Shown here in pieces: positions 28,190-38,186 of a stretch of 46,928 nucleotides of DNA. The translations under genes and the position numbers were made by a program. Source of the stretch: Leptospiraceae bacterium (lineage in GTDB: Bacteria > Spirochaetota > Leptospiria > Leptospirales > Leptonemataceae); contig JAGRNA010000010.1 in assembly GCA_020441005.1 (NCBI GenBank), forward strand, positions 1 through 46,928, written 5' to 3'. Under the pieces are notes generated by a model. It searched no databases and had not been told where the DNA came from. It was given only the letters and a program-made list of their open reading frames with translations. Every line of letters begins with the position of its first letter. The first letter of the stretch is position 1.

Positions 28190-29560
28190 ATGCGCTGTCA
28201 TAAAGTCAAGATCATCTCTACGGGCGGTCTACTGCTTTGCCTGGCGTTGGTGCGACCGCTCCAGACGAGCCCGCTACAAGCCGGTGCGAAGCTGTTAGCG
28301 CTTGTAAACACGCAAAGCGAAATGACCGGACTGCAAAGCGAGCTGATTGTCAGTCAAATTGGCCAGACCGATCTGAATCATGACGGCTATACCGACAGCG
28401 CCGCCCTGCTGGACTATCGATCCCTGCAGGAAGATAATTTCGACCGGCAAAATGAGCGTTTGCAAAAACTGGCCTATGCCAATCGCTGGATTGCGATTGC
28501 TCTCGGCGGTCCAGCTGATTCCTTGCACCTGGCCTATCTCAAGGACCTGGTCGCTTGCCATCTATGCGGCGGGGTCTACGGACCGCCAGACATCGAGTTC
28601 CAGGTGCACCCGCATAGTGTCAGTTTTAGCGCACACGGCGGCTCCAACTGGCGCTGGGCCAATAGCCGTGAGATCGCCTGGCAGGGCGACCACTTCGTAT
28701 TAGCCAGCCTGGGTTTGCTCAATTACCATGTCACCGCCGACATTGAAATGGACACTACAATTGATTTCAGGCATCGTTTGGCCCGGCGTGATGAGCGGCA
28801 ACTGGGGCTTCTCTTTAGCAACCAACGCCAGGGCAACCCTGGCGGTCCATGGCCTTCAGAGGCGGAATGGGAAGCGGTCCCCCGGGATCGCTTTGACCAG
28901 GCGCAGTGGCTGATCCACGGCGCCCGACAATGGCAGGGTCCCGCCGACAGCAGCCTGGAACTGGCTAGTGTATGGGATTCAGGTGGTTTGTATTTACGAA
29001 TTCGCGTTCGCGACGATGTGCTTGTGCGTTGTGAAAAAACGACCCTGGCCTGCGATCACATCGAAATCTGGTTATGGCCCCGGGGTTATTACTCTATCTT
29101 TGACGAGTATGACCAAGAGCAGCGATCATCCCGGCAAACAAAACCAACCGCGGGCCCCGAATTGCAGACAGGACTGCTGCAATGGGGGGCTTTGGTGAAT
29201 CCGGAACGGACGTCCGTCCTGCATGATTTACTGAATCAGTACAAAGCGATTCCACAAAGCCGCAGCCTCATCACCTGGCGCAAGGATGGCTTTCAAATGG
29301 ATGTTTTTCTGCCGGCTCAAACACTGCAGAGTGGCCTGCGCCAGGCGGATCAAAGCTGGCAAGCCTTTCGCATGATGGGTCTAAGCGTTGTTTATTCGGA
29401 TACCGATTCGGTTACCCGGCCCGCCCAGGACACCCTGATTGGCAGTTCGCAATTGCAATGGGGCCGGGCGGCCAGTCTGGGTATTGTGCATCTATGGCCC
29501 GGCAGCTACCGCTTGCCCGATCCGGATTTTAATCTTTTTGCTCCTCTCGCCGGGGATTAA
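28190..29560 (+). CDS. Hypothetical secreted protein with C-terminal CBM9/DOMON-like carbohydrate-binding-like domain
   Basis: Signal peptide (LLLCLALVRPLQTSPLQA). The C-terminal segment GGLYLRIRVRDDVLV...CDHIEIWLW resembles the CBM9-like fold motif (LYlavev.DD.l....D.vEifld). Confidence 0.5.
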   Translation: MRCHKVKIISTGGLLLCLALVRPLQTSPLQAGAKLLALVNTQSEMTGLQSELIVSQIGQTDLNHDGYTDSAALLDYRSLQEDNFDRQNERLQKLAYANRWIAIALGGPADSLHLAYLKDLVACHLCGGVYGPPDIEFQVHPHSVSFSAHGGSNWRWANSREIAWQGDHFVLASLGLLNYHVTADIEMDTTIDFRHRLARRDERQLGLLFSNQRQGNPGGPWPSEAEWEAVPRDRFDQAQWLIHGARQWQGPADSSLELASVWDSGGLYLRIRVRDDVLVRCEKTTLACDHIEIWLWPRGYYSIFDEYDQEQRSSRQTKPTAGPELQTGLLQWGALVNPERTSVLHDLLNQYKAIPQSRSLITWRKDGFQMDVFLPAQTLQSGLRQADQSWQAFRMMGLSVVYSDTDSVTRPAQDTLIGSSQLQWGRAASLGIVHLWPGSYRLPDPDFNLFAPLAGD

Positions 29561-29680
29561 ACCCGGACACCGCAGCGGCCGCTGCAGACCATTGCTGCCA
29601 CACTCCTCACCCTAAATGCATTTATCGCATGATTTTATCTTGATAATGCAACCTTGGCGCAGAGCGTCTGAAGCAATCGA

Positions 29681-30601
29681 TTGACACTTTGCAGCCCGAT
29701 GCGACTGTGTGTCATGCTACTCTCCAGTGTCAAGACCCCGGAGCACCGCCGGATTACTCCAGGCGCATTATTATGGAACTGCTTGCTGATTCCGATTTTA
29801 CTCCTTCCTCTGATCGTCTCGACGGGCTTGTCAGCCCGGGATCTGGAAAAGGCGGGCAGCGAATTTGTGTGCCGCAAGGTGAAGGAAAGCAGCCACAAAC
29901 ACATCGCCGTTTTTCCATTCATGGACGAACAGGATACAGAGAGCAGCGCGACCAAACTCAGCACCGCCCTGTTTATCAGCGCTTTGACAAAATGCCCGGA
30001 TGTGACTATCATTGAGAAAGCAAAAACCGAACAAGTGCTGACTGAGCAGGCCAATGCCCAAAGTGGTTTGATTGATGCCCACACTGCCCCCCGAATCGGG
30101 CAACTGATCGGGGCCGACACCCTGGTCTTTGGAGCTCTGCTGAACAAGGCTCTGGAACTGCGCCTTGTTGATGCTGAATCGGGTACGATTCTGGGGGCAG
30201 CAGTCCAATTGCAATCTGACAGCAGCCCGGCAGCCGAAAGCAGTTCCGAAACGGATCAAAGCAAGACAGCAGTAACTGCTCTTGATCCCGCAGCAGCAGA
30301 GCAAGGCTTGCAGCAAAGGCAGATGAAAATCGTCATGGAGCGTATGTTCCATCAAACCCCTGCCCTGTTCCTGTATACCAGCGCGACCCGCAGCGAATTA
30401 ATCGAATTTGAACGGCGCAAACCCCAGGGAGCTCGCCGACTACACAAACGAATCCAGTCCATGCCAGCGGATAGGCAGCAGCTGATTCACAACCTGCAGC
30501 AATTAATCAGCCAGGAACGCACTCGGAACAATCAGTTCAACCGCCGTATCCAGCAAATGCGCCGTAAGGCGATGCAAGGTCTGCGCTTGTCCAGTCCATG
30601 A
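29681..30601 (+). CDS. FlgO/CsgG/LpoB-like periplasmic domain protein with helical C-terminal tail
   Basis: Hydrophobic N-terminus, then KHIAVFPFMDEQDTESSATKLSTALFISALTKCPDVTIIEKAKTEQVLTEQ, typical of the FlgO/CsgG-N/LpoB-type fold. The true start codon is uncertain. Confidence 0.45.
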   Translation: MTLCSPMRLCVMLLSSVKTPEHRRITPGALLWNCLLIPILLLPLIVSTGLSARDLEKAGSEFVCRKVKESSHKHIAVFPFMDEQDTESSATKLSTALFISALTKCPDVTIIEKAKTEQVLTEQANAQSGLIDAHTAPRIGQLIGADTLVFGALLNKALELRLVDAESGTILGAAVQLQSDSSPAAESSSETDQSKTAVTALDPAAAEQGLQQRQMKIVMERMFHQTPALFLYTSATRSELIEFERRKPQGARRLHKRIQSMPADRQQLIHNLQQLISQERTRNNQFNRRIQQMRRKAMQGLRLSSP

Positions 30602-30658
30602 ACGACAGCCGAAACCTTTTTGGCTTGCCAAAGTACCGGCTCCGTTGACTCTTGAGCC

Positions 30659-31135
30659 ATGCAAGCAAAGTATAAATTCCTATTCGCATTTTCTCTGGCC
30701 GCCGTGTTCGCCTGGCAGTGCTCTTCGGCTGACAGTCAGGAACCGAGCGATGCAACAACCGACGGCTCTGTAGTCAGCAGCCGCGAGATGGAAATGCCGG
30801 CTCCGAGCAAGGATGAGTGTACCAGCGGCGACTGTGAGACTGGATCCGGCCTGTTTCGTTGGACAAACGGCGACATCTACAAAGGCGGCTTCAAAGACGG
30901 ACAGCGCAATGGCACCGGCGCCTATCACTGGAAAAGCGGTGCCAGCTATGTCGGTGAGTGGCAGGAGGGCAAGCGGCACGGTAAGGGGGTCTATCTCTAT
31001 CCGAACAAGGATCAATATGAGGGCCAGTTCGTGAATGATCAGCGCAACGGCAAGGGTCGCTATACTTACGCTGATGAAACCGTCCATCCAGCTCAGGAAT
31101 GGCAAGATGGACAGCCGCTGCAGCCAGCCGAGTAA
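30659..31135 (+). CDS. MORN-repeat lipoprotein (158 aa)
   Basis: Signal peptide/lipobox (AAVFAWQCSS) followed by 4-5 MORN repeats (YKGGFKDGQRNGTGAY / YVGEWQEGKRHGKGVY / YEGQFVNDQRNGKGRY). Confidence 0.7.
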   Translation: MQAKYKFLFAFSLAAVFAWQCSSADSQEPSDATTDGSVVSSREMEMPAPSKDECTSGDCETGSGLFRWTNGDIYKGGFKDGQRNGTGAYHWKSGASYVGEWQEGKRHGKGVYLYPNKDQYEGQFVNDQRNGKGRYTYADETVHPAQEWQDGQPLQPAE

Positions 31136-31144
31136 AACCCGCAC

Positions 31145-32632
31145 TTGCAATCCAGCATACGAAAAATCCTGATTGCCAACCGGGGCGAGATCGCCCTGCG
31201 CGTGATCCGCACCTGCCGTCAGATGGGGATCAACACTGTGGCGGTCTATTCAACCGCTGATCGGGGCCTGCCCTGGACCCGGTGGGCAGATGAATCCGTG
31301 TGCCTTGGACCGGCACCGGCCAGCCAGTCCTATTTGAACCAAAGCGCACTGTTAGCGACCTGCCTGGATCTGGGCGTCGACGCGGTCCATCCAGGCTACG
31401 GCTTTTTGTCCGAGAACGCTGATTTTGCCGAGCTTTTGGAGCAAAACCAGATTCGCTTTATCGGACCCGGTCCGGCAGCGATGCGATTGATGGGCGACAA
31501 AATCAGCGCGCGCAACCACCTGCAGGCGCACAATTTGCCGGTAGTGCCCGGGTATCACGGTCCGGATCAAAGTACGGAGCGATTAGAACAAGAAGCAGAG
31601 CGGATTGGTTTTCCGGTCATGCTGAAGGCCAGTGCCGGCGGCGGTGGTCGCGGACTGCGGGTGATTCAATCAGCCAGTGAGTTAGCGACGGCCGTTGCAA
31701 GCGCCCGTCGGGAAGCCGAGAATGCCTTTGGCGACGGCACCCTGTTTTTGGAAAAGTACATCCAAAATCCCCGGCACATCGAGGTACAGATCCTGGCCGA
31801 TATGCACGGCAACACTACCCATGTTTTTGAGCGCGAGTGCAGCATGCAACGACGCCATCAAAAAGTCATCGAAGAAAGCCCCAGTCCGATTGTCGATAGC
31901 GCCACCCGCGACCGGCTGTGCCGGACGGCCATAGCCATTGCCGAAAGCGTTGCTTACACCGGAGCGGGCACGGTCGAATTCATTTATTCCGCCGATCAGG
32001 CCGAGTTCTGGTTTCTGGAAATGAATACCCGACTGCAGGTGGAGCACCCGGTCACAGAAATGATTAGTGGTCTGGACCTGGTTGGGGAACAAATCCGGAT
32101 TGCTGCCGGTCAGGCCCTGTCCTTTGCACCGGCTGACTTGCGTAGCCAGGGCCATAGCATTGAGGCGCGCATCTACGCCGAAGATCCTTCGAACCAGTTT
32201 CTACCCCAGGCGGGACACTTATTGAAGGTCGTTGCACCGGATGCTGTCGGTGTGCGTATTGATCATGGATTTGTGGAAGGGGATTCGGTATCGATCTATT
32301 ATGATCCCATGATTGCCAAGTTGATTGTACACGCCCCGAACCGGGACGCGGCGATTCAAAAAATGAAGCAGGCTCTGCAGAACTACTTCATCGCTGGACT
32401 AAAAACCAATATCAGCTTTTTACTCGACCTGATCCAAAGCCCGGCTTTCCAAAGCGGTGATTACAACACAAACAGCATCGCCGCCTTGCAAAATCAAGCC
32501 CAGGCAAGTGGAACTGCGACAGAGCTAGCCTGGCAGGCGCTGGGCCTGTTGTTCTTTGCAGGCGCTGCCAATCAAAGCAGCCCCGCATGGCCAGGCCCGA
32601 TGACCGGGTTTTCAATTTGGCCAGCCAGTTGA
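31145..32632 (+). CDS. accC: Biotin carboxylase (ATP-grasp; acetyl/propionyl-CoA carboxylase family), no BCCP domain
   Basis: ILIANRGEIALRVIRTCRQMGI..., ATP-grasp MLKASAGGGGRGLRV, and EMNTRLQVEHPVTE. The only in-frame start preceding the conserved N-terminus is the TTG at 31145. C-terminal about 45 aa are non-conserved with no biotinyl-Lys motif. Confidence 0.8.
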   Translation: MQSSIRKILIANRGEIALRVIRTCRQMGINTVAVYSTADRGLPWTRWADESVCLGPAPASQSYLNQSALLATCLDLGVDAVHPGYGFLSENADFAELLEQNQIRFIGPGPAAMRLMGDKISARNHLQAHNLPVVPGYHGPDQSTERLEQEAERIGFPVMLKASAGGGGRGLRVIQSASELATAVASARREAENAFGDGTLFLEKYIQNPRHIEVQILADMHGNTTHVFERECSMQRRHQKVIEESPSPIVDSATRDRLCRTAIAIAESVAYTGAGTVEFIYSADQAEFWFLEMNTRLQVEHPVTEMISGLDLVGEQIRIAAGQALSFAPADLRSQGHSIEARIYAEDPSNQFLPQAGHLLKVVAPDAVGVRIDHGFVEGDSVSIYYDPMIAKLIVHAPNRDAAIQKMKQALQNYFIAGLKTNISFLLDLIQSPAFQSGDYNTNSIAALQNQAQASGTATELAWQALGLLFFAGAANQSSPAWPGPMTGFSIWPAS

Positions 32633-32789
32633 AGACCGGAAACCATTGACGCGAGTATTGCCTGTCTGGCCCCAGGGGCAAAGCCAAAGCAGCAGCATCA
32701 GGATTGACCCTTAGCCAGTTCAGATCTGGCAGATGGCGTGCACATGCGCAGCATTGCAACCGCCGCCACTCGATTTTATCAAGCCGGCC

Positions 32790-34631
32790 TCACAGAGAAT
32801 CCAGATACAGGGTGATCTTCGTTGTAGCGCTACTGGCGCTACCGCCCGGCGGATTTTGGTCATACACATAACCACTGCCTTGCAATTCGTAGGGGATGTC
32901 ATAATAGGAAGATAAAATTTCAATCGAATCTCGCGCCGACAAGCCCCGAAAATCGGGTATGCGCCGCGGGTTAATCCGCAGGGGATGAATGGGTAACGGT
33001 TTCAGCTCCTGCTGTCTTAAATTCTGTTTTTGACTGGTTTGCAAATATGGCTGGATCGCACGCACAATGCTGCCAAACACAGGCGCTGCCAGGGAACCAC
33101 CGCTATGACTGCCTAACGGTTCATCAAACAGGATCAGCATTCCATACCGCGGCTTGTCGGCCGGGAAAAAACCCATAAATGATACCACATACTTGCCCAG
33201 GTAACCCTGGGCGCTGGATTTCTCGCCTGTTCCGGTTTTGCCGGCGATCGGGATGTCCGGCAAAAAAGCCGCCCGACCGGTTCCATGTCGCACAACTCCT
33301 TCCATCATGTTCATAACGGAACGGGCGGTACGCGCGGAGAACGGGGTGGCGCGCTGCCAGGTCAACGATTCTGTGATCACCCGGCCCTGCTCGCCGGTAA
33401 TGCGGCGCACCAGCACCGGCTGCAACAGGGTCCCCCCGTTCGCAATACTGGCGCCTGCGCGTAACAATTGAATCGGAGTGACGCTAAAGCCCTGTCCAAT
33501 CGGAGTATAATAGCCGGTCGATCGAACCCAGTTCTGTAAAGCGGGAAAATAGCCCGCGGTTTCACCGGAATTGGGCGGTAGAACATCTGTCAGACTGCCA
33601 AATCCAAGCGCTCTCATCGTTTCATATAACTGTGGTCGGGGCATCCGCTGCATCGCCTTGACAATGCCGACATTGCAAGACTTGCTGATGATGTCGGCTA
33701 GACGGACATGACCGTGGCTGACTTTGCGGCCATTATGCTTGCAGCTGACACTGGCATTGCCGAATTGCAGTTCGCCCTCGCAAAAAAAAGTTTCATCCGG
33801 CCGTACCAGCTTGTTTTGTAGCAGCATGGCAGCCATAAAGACCTTGACCGTCGAGCCCGGCTCGTAGTTGAAGCGGACATTCCAGTTGCCCCGCTGAAAG
33901 GGAGTGCTGCGATAGTATTCATTGGGATTAAAATTCGGCAGACTGGCCATGGCGAGTATTTCGCCGCTTTGAATGTCCATTAATAAACCGGCCGCTCGCC
34001 GGGCCTGAGATCGCTCAAATGCCTCGCCCAGTTTTAATTCCATTTGATACTGGATCAGGGCGTCGATGCCCAGCTGAATTGTGTGCCCACGCCTTGAATC
34101 CGGATCAGCAGTTATTAAAATATCATTATAGTCGCGCTCCAGACCAGCGAGAGCATTGTGCTGGTCCTGTCCGACAAAACCGAGCAGATTGCTGGCAAGG
34201 CTTTGATTGGGGTACAAACGTTTGTTTTGACGCTCCCGATAGACACCCGGTAGCCTGAGATCCATGAGCTGATCAGCCGGCAAATCGGCCAACTGGCGGT
34301 ACAAGTAAAAATATTTACGATTTTGGTTGTAGTACATTCGCTCAAGTATTTCTGATTGACGTAATGGCAGGAATCTGGCCAACACCTCCGCTGTTTGTTC
34401 AGAATCATAGACCTCGGCCGGCGCAACGGCGATGATGCTGGCGCCTTCGCTAATCGCTAGCGGCATGCCGCGCCGATCCTCAATACGTCCACGGATTACA
34501 GATTGTTTTTCTGCAGCAGCATCCGGAATCGGGGTGGTCTGCATCAAATAGAGTACGCGTCCCAATGCGACAAGAAACAAGGCGCAAATCACCAGAACAA
34601 GCAATCGGCTGCGATACAGTGTCTTGTTCAT
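32790..34631 (-). CDS. mrdA: Penicillin-binding protein 2-like peptidoglycan D,D-transpeptidase (class B PBP)
   Basis: N-terminal TM anchor, PBP dimerisation domain, and transpeptidase motifs STVK (GSTVKVF), SCN and KTGTG. MrdA versus FtsI not resolvable; no ftsW/mur neighbours favours PBP2. Confidence 0.75.
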   Translation of the reverse strand: MNKTLYRSRLLVLVICALFLVALGRVLYLMQTTPIPDAAAEKQSVIRGRIEDRRGMPLAISEGASIIAVAPAEVYDSEQTAEVLARFLPLRQSEILERMYYNQNRKYFYLYRQLADLPADQLMDLRLPGVYRERQNKRLYPNQSLASNLLGFVGQDQHNALAGLERDYNDILITADPDSRRGHTIQLGIDALIQYQMELKLGEAFERSQARRAAGLLMDIQSGEILAMASLPNFNPNEYYRSTPFQRGNWNVRFNYEPGSTVKVFMAAMLLQNKLVRPDETFFCEGELQFGNASVSCKHNGRKVSHGHVRLADIISKSCNVGIVKAMQRMPRPQLYETMRALGFGSLTDVLPPNSGETAGYFPALQNWVRSTGYYTPIGQGFSVTPIQLLRAGASIANGGTLLQPVLVRRITGEQGRVITESLTWQRATPFSARTARSVMNMMEGVVRHGTGRAAFLPDIPIAGKTGTGEKSSAQGYLGKYVVSFMGFFPADKPRYGMLILFDEPLGSHSGGSLAAPVFGSIVRAIQPYLQTSQKQNLRQQELKPLPIHPLRINPRRIPDFRGLSARDSIEILSSYYDIPYELQGSGYVYDQNPPGGSASSATTKITLYLDSL

Positions 34632-34650
34632 GACCCTGGCACCCGCTTGA

Positions 34651-35517
34651 TCAGGAGGCCTTCAGACGCAAAAAGCGTTCCTGATTCTGCGTCAACTGAC
34701 TCCAGACCTGATCCGGATCTTCCTGGCACGCCTCCACCCTTAAGTTGACCAGGAATTCGGCTGTCGAACGCACATACGCCGGCTGATTGGGCAAGCCGCG
34801 CCACGGAACAGGGGCCAGATAGGGAGCATCCGTTTCTACGAGCAGATTTTCCAAAGGCAAGGCACAAGCTCCTGCCTGGACAGGCCGTGCACTTTTGAAT
34901 GTCAGCACTCCGCTGTAAGAAACAAACCAGCCTAATTCGCGCACAAATGGCAGGGCTTCTTTTGCAGTATAGGTAAAACAATGCAGCACACCTTTCACTT
35001 CCGGGTAGCGCTTGCAGATGTCAAAGGCATCCTGCACGCTGGCAGTGCGATCCGGGTGATAACTACGATCATCACGGGTGTGCAGCACAATTGGCAAACC
35101 TAGCTCACGGGCGATTTCCAGATGAGCCGTCAGGCTTTTTTTTTGATGAGCAATCGTGTCGGTCGTGTGAAAGTAGTCCAGACCGGTTTCACCAAGTCCC
35201 CAAAAAGTCGGCGCGTCACGATGATTACGTGCGATTGCAAAGATCGTTTGCAAGTCATTCTCCTCAGCCACGGCCTCGGGATGCAATCCCGCGGTCCAAT
35301 AGATTTCTATCGCCGATTCCCGTTCCGCATAAAGAGTGCGGGCGGCCAGATCACGATTCCAGCAACTAGAACGATAATTGGTAGCGATTTGCAGGATTTG
35401 CTCTACGCCGGCCTGATGGGCGGTCTGTAACATTTGCTCGAAATCATGGCCGGCTGCAATGGCAATATCCAGATGACAATGGCTGTCCAGCAGCGCATAC
35501 TCAGTTCGCGAAAGCAT
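34651..35517 (-). CDS. tatD: TatD-family metal-dependent hydrolase (DNase)
   Basis: MLSRTEYALLDSHCHLD, ...GLHP..., and GLGETGLDYF are classic TatD motifs. Confidence 0.8.
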   Translation of the reverse strand: MLSRTEYALLDSHCHLDIAIAAGHDFEQMLQTAHQAGVEQILQIATNYRSSCWNRDLAARTLYAERESAIEIYWTAGLHPEAVAEENDLQTIFAIARNHRDAPTFWGLGETGLDYFHTTDTIAHQKKSLTAHLEIARELGLPIVLHTRDDRSYHPDRTASVQDAFDICKRYPEVKGVLHCFTYTAKEALPFVRELGWFVSYSGVLTFKSARPVQAGACALPLENLLVETDAPYLAPVPWRGLPNQPAYVRSTAEFLVNLRVEACQEDPDQVWSQLTQNQERFLRLKAS

Positions 35518-35570
35518 ACAACCAAAGGCCCTTTGCTGGCACCAGGGTCAAGTCATCCAGATCAGGGCTG

Positions 35571-38186
35571 TTACTGCATTGGTCCGGGCAAATGCAATCG
35601 TAACCCTGGAACGGCAGTATAAAGCAGCCGAAAATCGCGGCCCAGGTCAAATTGATCCTGGCGCCTTTGCGAACGGAGCCAACTGGCGACCAGGTCCTGC
35701 TGCTTGATCACGCCCGGAACAGCCAGGCTGGCCACCCCCTGCCGGGCCAGGCTATGATTCCAGGCAGCCTCAAATTCGGCATCTCCATTCGGTCTGGCAT
35801 ACAGGACCAGGGTAGCAGGTGCAATAGTGGCAAATCGATCCAGATCCCAAAGTCGCAGACTCTGGCTGGAGCATTGGAAACGCCGCAAATAAATCGGCCG
35901 GGGAGTGCCCTTGCTTGTTGTTTCCGAACTGATTTCATTTGGCCACAAATAGATACCCGCAGGCATTGTTTGCGTACGGCCCCAGTGCTCTAATGCATAC
36001 ATGGATTGGCCCAGCTTTTGACTCGCAAAAATGTAATCCTGACAATTATCAGGGGCCATCATTCGATTTGGCACCGCACCGCCATTAGGCCAGTTCCAAT
36101 CCTGAAAATAAACCGGTACAAGGCGGGTATTGTTTTTCAGGAGCAAATGCTCCCAGGCAGGCTCTTCAAACGGTTGATTCATAATGTTTAGCCACCGGGA
36201 CTCAATGCCTTGCAACGTTTTTTGCCAGGCGCTAAATTGGCCGCTCTGACAGTTCTCCGCTGATCCAGCGCATTCCTTGATCAGGGCCTGCCAGTCATTT
36301 TTGCCCAAACGGACATAGTCCCAAATCCACTCAGTGCGCCCTTTGGGATAATATAAAAAAACATAATAGTTATCAGCCAATTGATAACTCATTAGATACG
36401 CCGACTGCCGGGCGGGCTTTTCCTGCAAACCGGCCGCCTGGCTGCGGTATAGCTCTGCCAGACGGGTCTTGTAAAAGCTGATGACACCCGGCTTGACTTG
36501 CATTGAATCAGGCCTGGTTTTCTGACTGGCAAAATCCGATAAAGACTGAATCCAGTTAATGCTGGTGATCAAACCGCGTTCCGCACCGGGATTATGGCCG
36601 GCTTCAAAGAGGGAGTCCTGCCAACGGCGGTCCGCCAACAACAACCCGGCAACTCGCGCATATTGTTTTCTTTTTATCCAATGATTTACTAATAGACCAC
36701 GAAAAAAATCCGGGTCAGCCTGAATGGGCACCCAATCGCGGATCACCAGCAAAGCCTTGCTTTGCGGTTGCTTGATGATTTCTTTTTGGATTGTTTCAAT
36801 CAGGGCATCATGGTTAGCGGCCGGTTGCAAAGCCAGGCGCACAGCCAATAACCCTAAATTATGAGAATAGCCCAAATAAAGACTCCGCTTTTTCGGAGGT
36901 AGAATTCCGCGCGCCTTGATCAAGTTAATCAAGGCCTTGTAATGTTGACCCCGAAAATACTCCGCCCATCCGTCCAATACAGTAGCGTAATACTCCAACA
37001 CATACCAACCCTCGGCCTGAGCCTGGTAAGTGATGTTCTCGGCTATTTTGTGAGCCAGATCCGGATTATCTTGCAGCATTATCTGTGCCATACGTAAACG
37101 GGCAAAAAGACGAACGGGTTCCCCATCCAGCTCTCCTTCTATATTCGCCAGACGTTGCAGGGCGGTGGCCGCGCTTCTGGTATCACCATGCAGATAATAC
37201 AAAAGTGCTGAACGTAGTCGTAAACCGTCGATAGAATAGTGCATGCCGCTAAAGGGATCAATGCGTTGTTTCATCACCGGACTACTTAGCTGCCCGGGAT
37301 CCGTCCGATCAATCAAGTCCAGCGCTGCCTGATAGTATCCGCCCAGAATCATCCAGTCCAGACGGGCATGGATTGTCTTGATATCCGTTGATTGCAACTG
37401 CCCTGAAAACTGCAAGGCCGACCCAAAATCACCGGCCCCGGCCAGATAAAAGGGGATGCGCTCCCTGAGCTCGCGCATTGCCTTTGCGGGATGCTGATAG
37501 CTAAAACGCTCAGCCAGTATAGCAGCCTCCAAAGGCAATCCAATCTGGTATAACTGGTCACAAACAACTGGTACTTCTTCCTCGGCAAATGGGATCCAGG
37601 CATTTTTATGCACCCAAAATACTTGACTGGCTTGCATTAGATCAGCTGCATAACCATTTGCAAATCTACTCCGGTTTAATTGTGCGCGCAATGCGCTCGT
37701 AAATTTGCGCCATTGACACCACAGAGTTTGACCTGGTAGATTGCATATGTCTGTTGATTGCCTGTTCCCGGCTTCCAGATCAATAAAGTGCCCGGCCAGG
37801 TACTGGTTGAATCGGTCCTGCCGCTCCGGTTGTTTTTTTTTCAGTTGCTGCACACGATCCTGTTGCGAGAAATCCTGAAAATAGATCCAGGCGATCTTTT
37901 GCCATGCCAATAAAACCGGATCCTTCTCTTTCAGCAGAACACTATTTAGTTCTTGGGCTCTGTCCCTGTCGCGCTGCAGTCTGATTTCATCGATGAAATA
38001 AGGCACCATCAAACGCCTCTCACTAGCGCTCAAGTCTCCCCAGTCATCCTCGATATCATAATCCGCTAAATCAATGCCCTGAAACGTACGCGCCGCTAAA
38101 GCATTGCTGACCAGGCAAAGACAGCCCAAAAGGAGCACTGGCCTGATGTTTCTGCTGAAAACAGATAGATACAATCGCATATACAA
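35571..38186 (-). CDS. Large hypothetical secreted protein (871 aa), mostly alpha-helical/TPR-like, no recognisable catalytic motif
   Basis: Signal peptide (VLLLGCLCLVSNALA). Long ORF in a GC-rich context with consistent codon usage. Function unknown. Confidence 0.55.
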   Translation of the reverse strand: MYMRLYLSVFSRNIRPVLLLGCLCLVSNALAARTFQGIDLADYDIEDDWGDLSASERRLMVPYFIDEIRLQRDRDRAQELNSVLLKEKDPVLLAWQKIAWIYFQDFSQQDRVQQLKKKQPERQDRFNQYLAGHFIDLEAGNRQSTDICNLPGQTLWCQWRKFTSALRAQLNRSRFANGYAADLMQASQVFWVHKNAWIPFAEEEVPVVCDQLYQIGLPLEAAILAERFSYQHPAKAMRELRERIPFYLAGAGDFGSALQFSGQLQSTDIKTIHARLDWMILGGYYQAALDLIDRTDPGQLSSPVMKQRIDPFSGMHYSIDGLRLRSALLYYLHGDTRSAATALQRLANIEGELDGEPVRLFARLRMAQIMLQDNPDLAHKIAENITYQAQAEGWYVLEYYATVLDGWAEYFRGQHYKALINLIKARGILPPKKRSLYLGYSHNLGLLAVRLALQPAANHDALIETIQKEIIKQPQSKALLVIRDWVPIQADPDFFRGLLVNHWIKRKQYARVAGLLLADRRWQDSLFEAGHNPGAERGLITSINWIQSLSDFASQKTRPDSMQVKPGVISFYKTRLAELYRSQAAGLQEKPARQSAYLMSYQLADNYYVFLYYPKGRTEWIWDYVRLGKNDWQALIKECAGSAENCQSGQFSAWQKTLQGIESRWLNIMNQPFEEPAWEHLLLKNNTRLVPVYFQDWNWPNGGAVPNRMMAPDNCQDYIFASQKLGQSMYALEHWGRTQTMPAGIYLWPNEISSETTSKGTPRPIYLRRFQCSSQSLRLWDLDRFATIAPATLVLYARPNGDAEFEAAWNHSLARQGVASLAVPGVIKQQDLVASWLRSQRRQDQFDLGRDFRLLYTAVPGLRLHLPGPMQ

